The notes under the pieces: model-generated
Database searches by the model: none
Seen by the model: the letters and a program-made list of their open reading frames with translations, nothing else
What the model was told of the DNA's origin: nothing
Made by a program: the position numbers and the translations under genes
DNA from: Novakomyces olei
Lineage: Eukaryota
Reading direction: 5' to 3'
Length of the DNA stretch: 64,000 nt
NCBI GenBank assembly: GCA_016906335.1
Contig: JADEYG010000009.1
Location: 434,001 to 498,000, forward strand
Shown: positions 13,441-24,329 of the stretch, piece after piece
How the letters are laid out: each line of letters starts with the position of its first letter
How positions within the stretch are numbered: the first letter of the stretch is position 1

Positions 13441-16347
13441 CTACCGCTGGATATCTAATGAATTCTGCGCTGAAGACCAACCCGCTCCGCCAGTTTGGCG
13501 CTTAAAGAACCGTCGAAACCCTGTAAACATTGCTCTGTCAGAAGAATCAGGAGCACCTGGGCTAGAACTGCCATCGGCAGGAGTTGTAGGGGCCACAGAT
13601 CGAGCTTCACTGCCCGGCCGAGCGACAGATGAAGTAGTAATCCCGTTTGTTTGAGCTGACGAGCTGAGAGGCGTGGATACTTCAGAAGCAAAGCCTTGGA
13701 GTCCTCGAGCTCCTCTGTCTACTCCGTCCCGTGCAGCGTTAAAAAGGGCAGACGAAAGTATAGAGGGATCAAAATGATGGCTGATGCCGCTCATGAGACT
13801 GCTCGTATTACTGCCACTGCCTGTGTTTAAGGGTGGCAGATTTTCTTTCAGAGAAATGCTGCTCATTAGCGCAGATGCTTCTTTTAAATCGGGTTGTTCC
13901 CGAGTCCGGCGAAGAAATAAGTTTATTATTGCCGCGTGGTCTGATTTACGTATGCCCTATTAAGGTGAGTAAGACTGGGAAATAGATATATATATATATA
14001 CATATAAAAAAAATATAAAAAAAATAAATAAAAAACGGAAAAAAATTGAAAACCATAGTTTTAGCAATTGTTCCAATGTTGAAGACAAAGAAAGCCACTC
14101 TTAAGTGATAGAACACTAGCTTCACAAAAACAAATGTGAATACTTGCTTTTTCTTCTTTTTTTTTTATTCGTTAAACCTACCTTGAGCTCCAAGATCTTT
14201 ATAAAGTTAGCCTCTGACCGGTCGCCGATAAGATAAATATAATTCTGCACCAGTCCGTCTGGAGGGTTACTCCTAGTGAGTACGACTTTAAGCACTCGCT
14301 CCAGCTTCCCCATTTCCTGCTGAGTGTGTCGTGAATATTCGTCTGTAACGCAAAGATCAGTCCCCGGCCGAAGACTGGGTAGTGTAGCCAGACTCTCGCG
14401 AACAAAGTACAAGTCCAACAGCATCTGCTCTGCTCCGACCTCAGAAACTGGCCGGACGTGTACGATGCAAGTCAAGAAAAGAGCGACAAAGGCCTCAACC
14501 ACACGATCACACAGGGACTGAGCAAATCTAGCATTTTCAATACGCACGAGGGCCTCTTTGACTACCCGGTTGATTGTATGTGCCATCTCTGGAGCATAAG
14601 GCGAAGTATCACCGACATCGTCAATGTTTGTCCAGTCAATTTTTTGTACCTGGGCAACAGCTGGATGAAGAGAAGCAATAACAATAGCAACCATCTGTTT
14701 AAGCGCGGCAATTACCACGTCCTGTAGCACTATTCGCTCCTTTCCATACGTCAATTGCTGCGGCGTAGAGATTACTGACCGATCAACTGACCGTGCAAAC
14801 TTTGTTTCCAGCTGTTTCATTGTTTTAAGCATATAATCAGCAGTGTTTACAACAGCAGCAGTCCCGTAAACGGACCGTGCAGCGTCCGCACTGGCCAGTT
14901 CGGGTTTTAGAACCTGTTCGCCATAGAGCCGAAGGTACTTGCCAAACAACTGGAATAGTTTGACAAGACCAGATCCCTGGGTTAGCCGTACACACTGACT
15001 AAACGTCTGACGATAGTATTGGAATAATTCTGGTGAGGAATCAAGCACTGCTGCAACAGACCCCTCTTCCTCTTCCTCTTCTTCTTTGGAAACTCCGTCT
15101 TTCTTGCTACCGGGCAAGCTCGCTCCCCGCTTTTTAAATGCTTGCAGCATTGCTGCTAGTATACGATCTTGCGAGTCAATGTACAGATCTAAATGCGGCT
15201 CAAAAGCCTGTGAAATAAGTTTCCCAAATATCGTATTTGGTGCTGAAGCATTCGCCGATGACTGTGATGCTACAGTTTCCATAGAGGCTCGACGATTAGA
15301 GAACCTTCGTTCCAAGTACGATTCGAATTCAAGCGTTTCTGCAAGCGCAGAGAGCAGTAACTTAATATCCATGTCTTTGCCTTTTCGCTGTAGAATACCG
15401 GAAATGTCTGCACGAGTTTCCTCACCAAACCTTTGCGCAAGCTTAATCCCAACGTTCCAGCCCGCTGGGAAGACCAAGACATAATCTTCCTCGTACGTTT
15501 TCAGGATCCGTTTCAGCCAGGCAAAGCGACGCGTAATGTTATCGAGAGACCCAGCTTCCTCATTGGACCGGAAAACGGAGAGGTAAGACTTGAGCTGCTG
15601 ATCGCAAAACCAGGAAACAAGCTGGTCTTTTGCGTCTTCACCAAGCACTGCAACTGTCTGGCAGGCTTCAGAAAGAGAAATAGCTCTGCCCGAGGAAGGT
15701 TGCGAGCGGCCATCTTTAACGGTATCCTTGAGGTCTTCAAAGACTTGCTCAAGAATTTGCTTTTGCAGGCCAGAAATGCTGCGACTCAAGTCCGCTATTT
15801 GATCTATACTGCGGTAAGACTTAAAATGCTGCATTAGCTGCAAAACTGCTTGGAGTAAATGTGCCGTTTCCGCATAATCCCGTGCCTCTATTTGGCCAGT
15901 TAGTTGATCGTAAGCTGAGACCAACATTTGCAATCGTTTCAGCATTGTCATCGATAGTGTCAAGTTTCGTTTAATTACATCAAGATCTCGTATCTTAACC
16001 GTCATTTGTGAAACTGCCTTTTCCGTACGTCCAGCTCGCTCCTGAATGCCTTCGAGCCGATTAGCTATATCTCCAATTTCTTCACCGACAACAGTTATTC
16101 GGTGTTCCGTTTCAGCTGCTGAAGCTTTCTGTGCAACTTGAAGCGTAGCAATTTCACCATCAATTTCAGTGCAGGCCGCGTCTAAGCGCTCACTCATCAT
16201 TGGCGTGGCATCCAATGCCTCGATGTCGGGACAAAGCGTGTCCAGCATTGTGTATAAATCAAAATCTGCCAAGTCTAGCGGGTCAGTTGCACGTTCGCTA
16301 CTCGAGCCACTTGGCTCTTTCGCCTTGCTTGGCTCTTTTAAGCTCAT
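13441..16347 (-). CDS. VPS53: GARP complex subunit Vps53, 2 exons
   Basis: Motifs LKRLQMLVSAYDQL, EAGSLDNITRRFAWLKR, EVGAEQMLLD; intron ~14182-13958 joins ILELK to GIRKSDH. Confidence 0.93.
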
Positions 16348-16624
16348 AATTAGGTCCAATAATTGACTCAAATGAAACGCAGCATTTACGCCAATGCGCA
16401 CGCTCGCCTAGCGGCAATCTACGACTAGTCTTTGCGTACTAATCTTTTCATGAGCAGCGTTTCGCGATCGGAGGTGCTAAAATAGAGACTTTGCTGTACC
16501 GTATCTACTCTGTGCGGGTTTGATATGGGCAAGTACACAAAGAGGTAGAGTGTGGTAAAGTAGGACACAGTATCTAAAGTAGGACAATGTATGGACAATG
16601 TCTGTGAAATATGGAGAGTTTAGT

Positions 16625-16695
16625 AAAGTATGGTAAAGCTGGTATGGTAAAGTTGGGTAAAGTATGGTAAGTATGGTAAAGTATGGTAAAGTTGG
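16625..16695 (+). repeat. ~10-bp minisatellite (TATGGTAAAG)n in the divergent promoter
   Basis: Degenerate tandem copies. Confidence 0.8.
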
Positions 16696-16836
16696 AAAGC
16701 AAAACTAGGATAACAAGACGGGACGAATACTGTACGTACGGTACGTTCAAAAGTAATATACACAATAAATATAAGCATTATCTGACGGTTGCGTAAAAAT
16801 AGTACTTCTGAGAAACACAAGCAGCTCTCGGTCATC

Positions 16837-17252
16837 ATGAGAGTCAGTCTGAGAGCCTTTGCGGCAGCATCGACGGGCATTACCGGCCTCAAAGTGGTAG
16901 CGGAGCCGCGTCCAGTTCTGCGCAATCTTTACAACGAAACTTTGCATCTTTTAGAGAAAATGCCGGATCATTCCGTCTACCGAACGGCAACAACAGCATT
17001 GATCAAATCTCGTCTGGCGGCAGTTGAGAAGCATGAATCCGTTGAAGCCTTAGAGAACGAAATCCAAAGCGGGCTTGCCGAGGAGATTATTATGCAGGCT
17101 CGTGACGAGCTGCGACTGGTAAAGCGATTGCTCAACGAAAAGCCGTATGCATTGAACAATTAATCTATGAATACAAACTAACCCTGACTAGTTGGGAGGA
17201 ATTAGAGCAAGTACCCGCAGAAAACCAATGGGAGGCTATTCGGCGAGTTTAA
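16837..17252 (+). CDS. NDUFA5: Complex I accessory subunit NDUFA5/B13, 2 exons
   Basis: STGITGLKV, YRTATTALIKSRL, GLAEEIIMQARDEL, spliced KPWEELEQVPAENQW. Confidence 0.9.
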
Positions 17253-17609
17253 GGCTAACGTCGAACGTTAAAGAGCTGTGTAGAATAGTGATTGCTCATG
17301 TGTTTATCGTCAATACAACAAGTACCAGTATTGTACATTTCTTGTTCAAATTGCGTCTACTCTGAATACAAGGTGGCAAGGTGGATGGCCAGCAGTAGTG
17401 TCTGCCTGCCTAACCTGACTGCCTAACCTAACTGCCTAATCTAACTGCCTATACCTACCGTCTTACTAGATTGTGACCGTTAGAGTCTCTGCGCAGATCG
17501 GCAGGCGGCCAAGCCCCAGATCAAATGCAAATCTGCGAAGACCATAATATTAACCCACGATCTATAATGCTACGATGTGGACCGTAGTCTCCCGTGCTAC
17601 GGATACAAT

Positions 17610-17710
17610 TATCGCCATACAAATTGCCATACAAATTGCCATACAAATTGCCATACAAGTGCCATACAATTGCCATACAATTACCATCCAATTGCCATAC
17701 AATCGCCATA
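17610..17710 (+). repeat. 12-bp minisatellite (ATTGCCATACAA)n
   Basis: About 8 tandem copies. Confidence 0.9.
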
Positions 17711-17770
17711 CGAATACCAACTATTTAAACACGCACTTGTAACGGTACAAGTCTCTAGATCTTCAAGCAG

Positions 17771-18517
17771 CTACTCGTTCCGGCTGACATTGCTCCATAA
17801 ACTCGAAACTGAGCTCTGCATACTGCCCCAAGTATGCTTCCCAAAATCCTTGGTTGATTTTCCCAGCTCTTTGGCCCGGCCAAAGAGCGAAGGATCGTCT
17901 GGGTTCAAGAGCCCTCCAGCCGCAGGCGACTGCCGACGGCTGCTGTTGCTCTCCGTACGCACAGGCTGGCTGGCGTACGGGTTCTGTGAGTAGCTGGATA
18001 CGCTGCTGTTGTACGAGGCAGTCCGTGAAACTGCCGCAGGACTGCCCTGCTGAGCCTGTGCTGGACCATACGATCCAGGATTCCACGATGGCTGAGCCGG
18101 AGCCAAATTGGCCGATGGCCCTCCGTCGACGAGACGATGGGTCGCTGCTCGCACTGGCGTTGGATTGTAAACTGCCGTCGCTGCCGCCAAGTTCTCTGTG
18201 CTACTGTTCGCACTAGCAAGCGGACTGTTCGCCGGCAGGCTCTGTGCCGGATCAGCGAGGCGCGTACGGCTCTCGGCGCCAGCGGCCGCGTAAGGAGACG
18301 ACCCGCCACTATTAGGGACAAGCGTCCTTGGCTGAGAGTGCGTTGAAGCGCTTGTTAGAGCGTAGTCTGGCGCAGAGCGACGCGTATCGTGGCGCGGCGA
18401 TTTTGAAGGCGGCCGAAGAGGCGCGTCGCTGAATACGGGCACCACTTGGATTAGTCAAAGGCAGGAGGAGAAACGAAAAGGCACAAGCAAGAAAAATGGG
18501 CTTTATTTACCAGACAT
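17771..18517 (-). CDS. Ser/Ala/Pro-rich hypothetical protein; 7-nt first coding exon
   Basis: ATGTCTG|GTAAAT...CTAATCCAAG| joins the 224-aa ORF; possible amphipathic C-terminus (LFGRAKELGKSTKDFGKHTW). Confidence 0.65.
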
Positions 18518-18788
18518 AAGTTGAAAAGGCAACGGCTTATTGCATCGGTGTGAGTGTAAGAGAAGACGCGCTCGCGTCTACTCGATCCGGGCCTGCTAAT
18601 TTATATCGAATTTATGTAATTATTTATGTAGTAATTTATGTAATATTTTATTACGCGTGGTGCAAAGTCAGCGTGGGAAAATAATTATAGATGAACGCAT
18701 GTATAAAGTGAATAAAGAGTAGATTGAAGAATGTCGACAAGCAAGAAAAGCGAAGCAATAAACTGTAGCATAAACTAAAGCAGTAAAA

Positions 18789-18915
18789 TGTAACATTTCA
18801 CTGTAACATTTCACTGTAACATTTCACTGTAACATTTCACTGTAATATTGGATTTTAACATTGGATTGTAACAGTCAACAGTAACATTCAACTGTAACAT
18901 TGGACTGTAACATTC
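18789..18915 (+). repeat. 13-bp minisatellite (TGTAACATTTCAC)n
   Basis: Tandem copies, degenerating at the 3' end. Confidence 0.88.
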
Positions 18916-19209
18916 AATAATAATTAAACGGCCGTTTTATCAACTATTGAATAATACAAAATAGGACTCTATCACAAGAACGACGCGCCAAAAAAAAAAA
19001 GTGCTGGTCTACCGACCAACTCTGTCCAAAAATATCGCAAGTTAGCCAGGGCCAGTGGCATTTTGTCCCGGCTCTGCGTGTGTGCAGGTAACAGGAAAAC
19101 AATTTCCACAAATTACATATACACAAATAGAGACACTTCAAGATCCAAACTCTTGGTGTATTACTACACAGTTTGACAAGATCATTTACCTGTGTACAAC
19201 ATTAGCTTC

Positions 19210-19674
19210 CTAGCGTCGCCTGTACGATGACCCCACGAAAGATTTGCCAGGTGTATCTTTGTATATAGTGAACCCCGGCCCGTTTCGCGGGAAAATATTC
19301 TCGCTCCACTTGCGACCGTTTGGCAGAGTAAGAATCGAATGCCATACGTCTTCCGTATCATGACTGGCCGCACAGATTTTCTCGTCAATTGGCCCGGGGC
19401 ACTTTTTCCCTTCTGCTGGCGATTCTACACTGAACCAATGCCGTGACGCAGTTTCACGCCAGGGCGTAAATGTGCTTTCCACCATCATTGAGGCAGTTAG
19501 CTGGCCTCTATCAGCAGCTGCATTTTGGTCGATGCGAGCAGGAGAAGGCGTGCTACCTTGACTGCTGGTCCCCGTGTTGATTGAATCATTGTAGCCAGTT
19601 CTGTGCCGATTGGCTCGACGGGTCCTAGCCTGATCAAATCTCAGTCTGTAAGCCTCAATGCCGCTCTGTGACAT
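19210..19674 (-). CDS. Small hypothetical protein (3' end uncertain)
   Basis: 154-aa ORF with AAAAAAATG start context; downstream GCTAAT...CAG acceptor suggests a possible GC-AG intron. Confidence 0.55.
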   Translation of the reverse strand: MSQSGIEAYRLRFDQARTRRANRHRTGYNDSINTGTSSQGSTPSPARIDQNAAADRGQLTASMMVESTFTPWRETASRHWFSVESPAEGKKCPGPIDEKICAASHDTEDVWHSILTLPNGRKWSENIFPRNGPGFTIYKDTPGKSFVGSSYRRR

Positions 19675-19928
19675 TTTTTTTGATCCAATACTGAGCCGTT
19701 TGGCCTAGAAACCTACAGATACCGGTTCAGATCTTGCACCAAATTAGTGACGGTTTCCTCTGCTGACTGATCTTTGATTTGTGCAACGAAATAAGAAAGC
19801 GTTAATTGAAATCTTGTATGGCGTTTGAATATAGGTCGCGTGTGTATAAGCGTGGTCATTGAATTTTCTTTCAACTTTAGCGTCACGTGAGAAGAATGCG
19901 GCCTTTTGAGCCGTCAATATAGTGTGAT

Positions 19929-20861
19929 TTAATAATAAGCGACTGTGTGTAGCAGTGGAAGATTGGGATGAGCTTCCTGCCAGTCGACGAAAATATCGGC
20001 CATACTGCCGTCTAATTTATGTGCTTCATTCGCCTTGCTAAGCTGATTTACCAGCTCCAAAATTCCCTTTCCGCCAATTGCGGCCTCTTCCTGATTGTCC
20101 TTGATGTCCACGTTGATCACGTGAGTAACACAGTTTTGACTTTGTCCACGGTTTAAAAGGTCTAAGGTAAGGTTTTTTGATACAATAAAATCAATACGAT
20201 ACGAATTAATAAAATGTAAAATTATATAGTCAGACCTGCCGTAAAACAGAGCACATCAAGGTAAAAGCACCAAAGGCAATAGGCACAAAAGAACCGAGTA
20301 TAAGTTGACAACAGAAAAGAGCATGTAAAACGATGTGAGCATCTACTCTGCAATACCTTCACAGACTGAATCAAAGCATCGTTCTTCACAAGTTATTATC
20401 AGATCAAACGTTTTACGGCCGTCACGCCAGCGTTGAGGTGCCGTTTTGATATGACGATTACGATCTAGCATGTATAGCAGCCCGTTAAGCGTGTAACTAT
20501 GGTCAGTATTAGAGGAAGAGGCCATTGTCTTGATGATAAACTTACAGTCGAGCATCTTGAGACTTTAGCTCATTGTATATCTGGTCATACGGTGTGCCAA
20601 ACGAGTAGATATTGGGCTGATCAATAGCAGGTCCTGGCAAACGCATCGCTGATCCAGTACCGTAGGAGTCCACATCGTAGCCTGCGTTCCTGAATAGTTG
20701 GAAAAAGTCGGGTTAGTCTTGTGTTTTCATCTAGTTGTGACCAACTTTAATTCGTAATGCGCTTGCATAGAACTGGGAAAGTTAGCATATGCACATTGAT
20801 TGATTCTAAAACTTTACCGATTGTTATTTGACGCGCAAATCACACTAATTCCGAGCTTCAT
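19929..20861 (-). CDS. SSU72: RNA polymerase II CTD phosphatase Ssu72, 5 exons
   Basis: Catalytic [47 protein letters not shown]. Confidence 0.95.
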
Positions 20862-20941
20862 TTTTTGCAATCTCTGGCCGACCCACGTTGTCAAACTTGC
20901 TCTTGACTGGTTGTCAATTGATAGATTGAACTCGCTTGCAG

Positions 20942-21085
<144 letters not shown>

Positions 21086-21230
21086 GTTTTCAAATTACTA
21101 GTTGAATTAACATTATACCACTCTAACCCAAGCCTAGTCCGACATAAACCATCGCCAGTTTAGTCAATTGAAAGCGCAGAAACTTGAATAAATTGCTGCT
21201 CACACGGGACAAGGCAGGCAATTAATCAAA

Positions 21231-22037
21231 ATGCCACCTTCATCGAGGCATTACTATTTCTCGCGGCGGGCGGCGGTCGCAGCACTACACGGAGATCAAG
21301 CACGGGCAAAAGTATTAAATCATTTTTTCCAGAAATGCTTAATATCGCGGCCCGCGTTTGATCATACAACCTCAAAGATCGTCCCGCGTGTGTATCTCAA
21401 TGCCCGGCCGGACCAGCAGGAGTATATAAAGCAGTTCAATTTGGGCCATTTAGATGAGCTTATGAGCCAAAGCAGCAAAGCAGCGCCCAAGAAAATGGAC
21501 GCTCAAATACGAGCGCCGAGGAAAAGCGTCTCCTCCCGAGTACGAGAGCTTGCTACTCCTCTGCAAGACGCTTCAATCGCAACAAAGTTCCTCTGCCGGC
21601 GAGCGGAGGAAATTTTCCGGCGAAAGGGATCCTTTGTCGCGGCTTTCCGTGACGTTGTTTCCTCTTATCATCTACGATCACCAGATAGCGCTTTTACCGG
21701 TGTCCGCGTATCAGTCAGAGGCCGTTTGCAAAAGAGCCGAGGTGCCGGTAGAGCACAAAGGTTTCGAGAGGAAAAGGGAACCGTCAAAGTCTCGACTGTT
21801 GGAGCTCCTACGGATTATCATATGTCTACTTTTAGATCGTTGGAAGGTATTTCCAGCCATAAAGTCTGGATCGGTGGGAAGCGATGGGGACTTGCTGCCA
21901 AGGGTGCTGTTATCGACGGGTCGCATGTTCGTCGGCTGAAGGAAATTCAGAAAGAGACACTGGTAAAATCGGCTGAAAAATCATCTGCTGAAAAAGTTTC
22001 TGCTGAGAAAGTTTCTCCTGAAAAAGTTTCTGCATAG
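21231..22037 (+). CDS. rps3: Nucleus-encoded mitochondrial ribosomal protein uS3m (Rps3/Var1/S5-type), intronless
   Basis: C-terminal S3 domain GVRVSVRGRL...GRAQ...KG...DY...GISSHKVWIGGK; N-terminal YYF...D...KVLNHFF...ISRPAFDHTTSK resembles fungal mtDNA Rps3. Confidence 0.8.
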   Translation: MPPSSRHYYFSRRAAVAALHGDQARAKVLNHFFQKCLISRPAFDHTTSKIVPRVYLNARPDQQEYIKQFNLGHLDELMSQSSKAAPKKMDAQIRAPRKSVSSRVRELATPLQDASIATKFLCRRAEEIFRRKGSFVAAFRDVVSSYHLRSPDSAFTGVRVSVRGRLQKSRGAGRAQRFREEKGTVKVSTVGAPTDYHMSTFRSLEGISSHKVWIGGKRWGLAAKGAVIDGSHVRRLKEIQKETLVKSAEKSSAEKVSAEKVSPEKVSA

Positions 22038-22647
22038 AAGTAATGTAATTATTGATCAAGCAGTGTTGAGCTTTATTTGCACAGTACTTTGATTTGCTTC
22101 GTAAATGTGCTTTTTAGACTAGTCCGCTTTATACACGCACGTGCCGGGCGTAGATTATGTTTTGAATTCAGGATTATTTGTTTTGTTTTGTTCTTTTTTC
22201 CTTCAATCTACAGCTGTTGCGACGAATGTTTGTATAATTTTATCAAATTATCTTAAACCAAATTAATTAAATTATTGAATCAGCGTGATTTAATTTAAGT
22301 TTTTTCTGCTCTAATCAGACTACAGCTATGGTAAAAGAGATACAAAAAACTGTAATTAATCCTCAATATATGACAATGCGACTGTGCAATACATTTATTC
22401 CAAAGCAGGCAGATTTTTTGTCCATATGTTTCAAGCCAAAGCGTTGGAAAGCATCACCACAAACTCGTCTCAAAATACTTTTTGTTCCATTCTCATCGTC
22501 CCCCGTGCTTTTTATAGCATTGTACTGAACAATGCCCACATGAAAAGAATAATATCATATAAATAGCTGAAAAGACTGGACAGCTCGAGCCATACAATTA
22601 TCACGGACAAAAGCCGGTAGATCAAGCACTTATTGCAAGCACTAGCA

Positions 22648-23799
22648 TCAAGCAGCATGCTGTTGTCGCTGCTCTTCCAGTTGCTGGTACAGCAAGGACA
22701 AAGCTTTCTCTGTAGCATCAGGAGTCCCCGTGATTGTAAACAGCCTCTCGCCGGCATCGTTGCACGGCTCCTTTGAAATATTGATTTGGCTGCCAGACGC
22801 TCTTCGAATCTCACTGATCTTACTCCCACCTCGCCCGATAATACATCCCACCATATCCCCAGGAATAGGGATCTGCTGTGTTTGTAATTGCCGATCGTCC
22901 CCCGTGAATTCGGCAGGTGCCGGCCTTTTGTAGCCGCTGCTGTTATTGCCATTACGATGTACTCCACCTCTGCCAAAGTGCGGAGGCCTCCGGCCGTATG
23001 GGTTATGGCGACCCATTGAATGATCCATCATTGGCCCGCCAAGAGCCATCCCCATAAAAGGGGGAGCCGGTGCTAGGCCTCCCATAGCAGGAATCGAACC
23101 CATGGCAGCACCATAAGGCTGAGCCAGTCTGACCATGGGATTGTACAGAACTGTGCCTGAAGCACGGTCCCAATCAGCAGCCAGGCACCGGCTGATAAGC
23201 AATACAGCATGGCCCAATGGTTCTGGCTGGCCTTGTACTTCTACAAGACGCTCACTAGACTGTGGCAGTAGCTCTTTAGTAGCGTTTAATTTGACTCCAG
23301 CAGTTTCCTGAATTTCTCTGATTTTTGAGCCCTGCCTGCCTATTATTGACCCGACAAGAGCGTGTGAAACGAGGAGGCGAATACGCTGCCAGTCTCTGTG
23401 CTCTTCTCCACCAACTCCTCCGCCAGCTCCCGCATCAGTATCGTTTTGAGTATCCTGAAAGCTTTTGGCAATGTGTACAAAGGCACGTGAAATGTTCTCC
23501 AAAGGGCCCGACACTGTCAGGACCCGATCATTGACGCCAGTAATAACTTTGCTCACACCTGCTTTAACCCCGAGCGAGTCTCGCATTTCTGCGACATTAC
23601 GGCCTTCTTTCCCGATAATTATTCCGGCTTCCTTTGTCGAGATCAGTGCTCGCAGCGTTATCTGCGCCGACTGATCTGATACTGTCGGTGCGTTATTTGC
23701 TGCCACATTTGTCGCTGATGACTCGTCAAAAGTTGCGTCATCTGCCGCACTCAAATCAGACTCTTCACTGCGCTTTGCATCTGCAGTGTCGCTGCTCAT
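22648..23799 (-). CDS. Triple KH-domain RNA-binding protein (Rnc1/Hek2/Pbp2 family), intronless
   Basis: Three GxxG KH motifs: IIGKEGRNV, IIGRQGSKI, IIGRGGSKI. Confidence 0.93.
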   Translation of the reverse strand: MSSDTADAKRSEESDLSAADDATFDESSATNVAANNAPTVSDQSAQITLRALISTKEAGIIIGKEGRNVAEMRDSLGVKAGVSKVITGVNDRVLTVSGPLENISRAFVHIAKSFQDTQNDTDAGAGGGVGGEEHRDWQRIRLLVSHALVGSIIGRQGSKIREIQETAGVKLNATKELLPQSSERLVEVQGQPEPLGHAVLLISRCLAADWDRASGTVLYNPMVRLAQPYGAAMGSIPAMGGLAPAPPFMGMALGGPMMDHSMGRHNPYGRRPPHFGRGGVHRNGNNSSGYKRPAPAEFTGDDRQLQTQQIPIPGDMVGCIIGRGGSKISEIRRASGSQINISKEPCNDAGERLFTITGTPDATEKALSLLYQQLEEQRQQHAA

Positions 23800-23916
23800 T
23801 TTTGTGTGGAAGCGACTCTTGCGCTCGACACAGACAGCCTCGTACACTGTTTATTTGCACACGAATGACGACGAGTTTTGACGAGAAATTTGCGTATGTT
23901 TGTATCCCACATACTA

Positions 23917-24236
<320 letters not shown>

Positions 24237-24329
24237 TGCAGATACCTACAAAATATTGTAATAAAACGCAATTGAACTCGGATTAAATGATACTACGTAC
24301 AAACTACAATATCCTGATTAATGTACACA

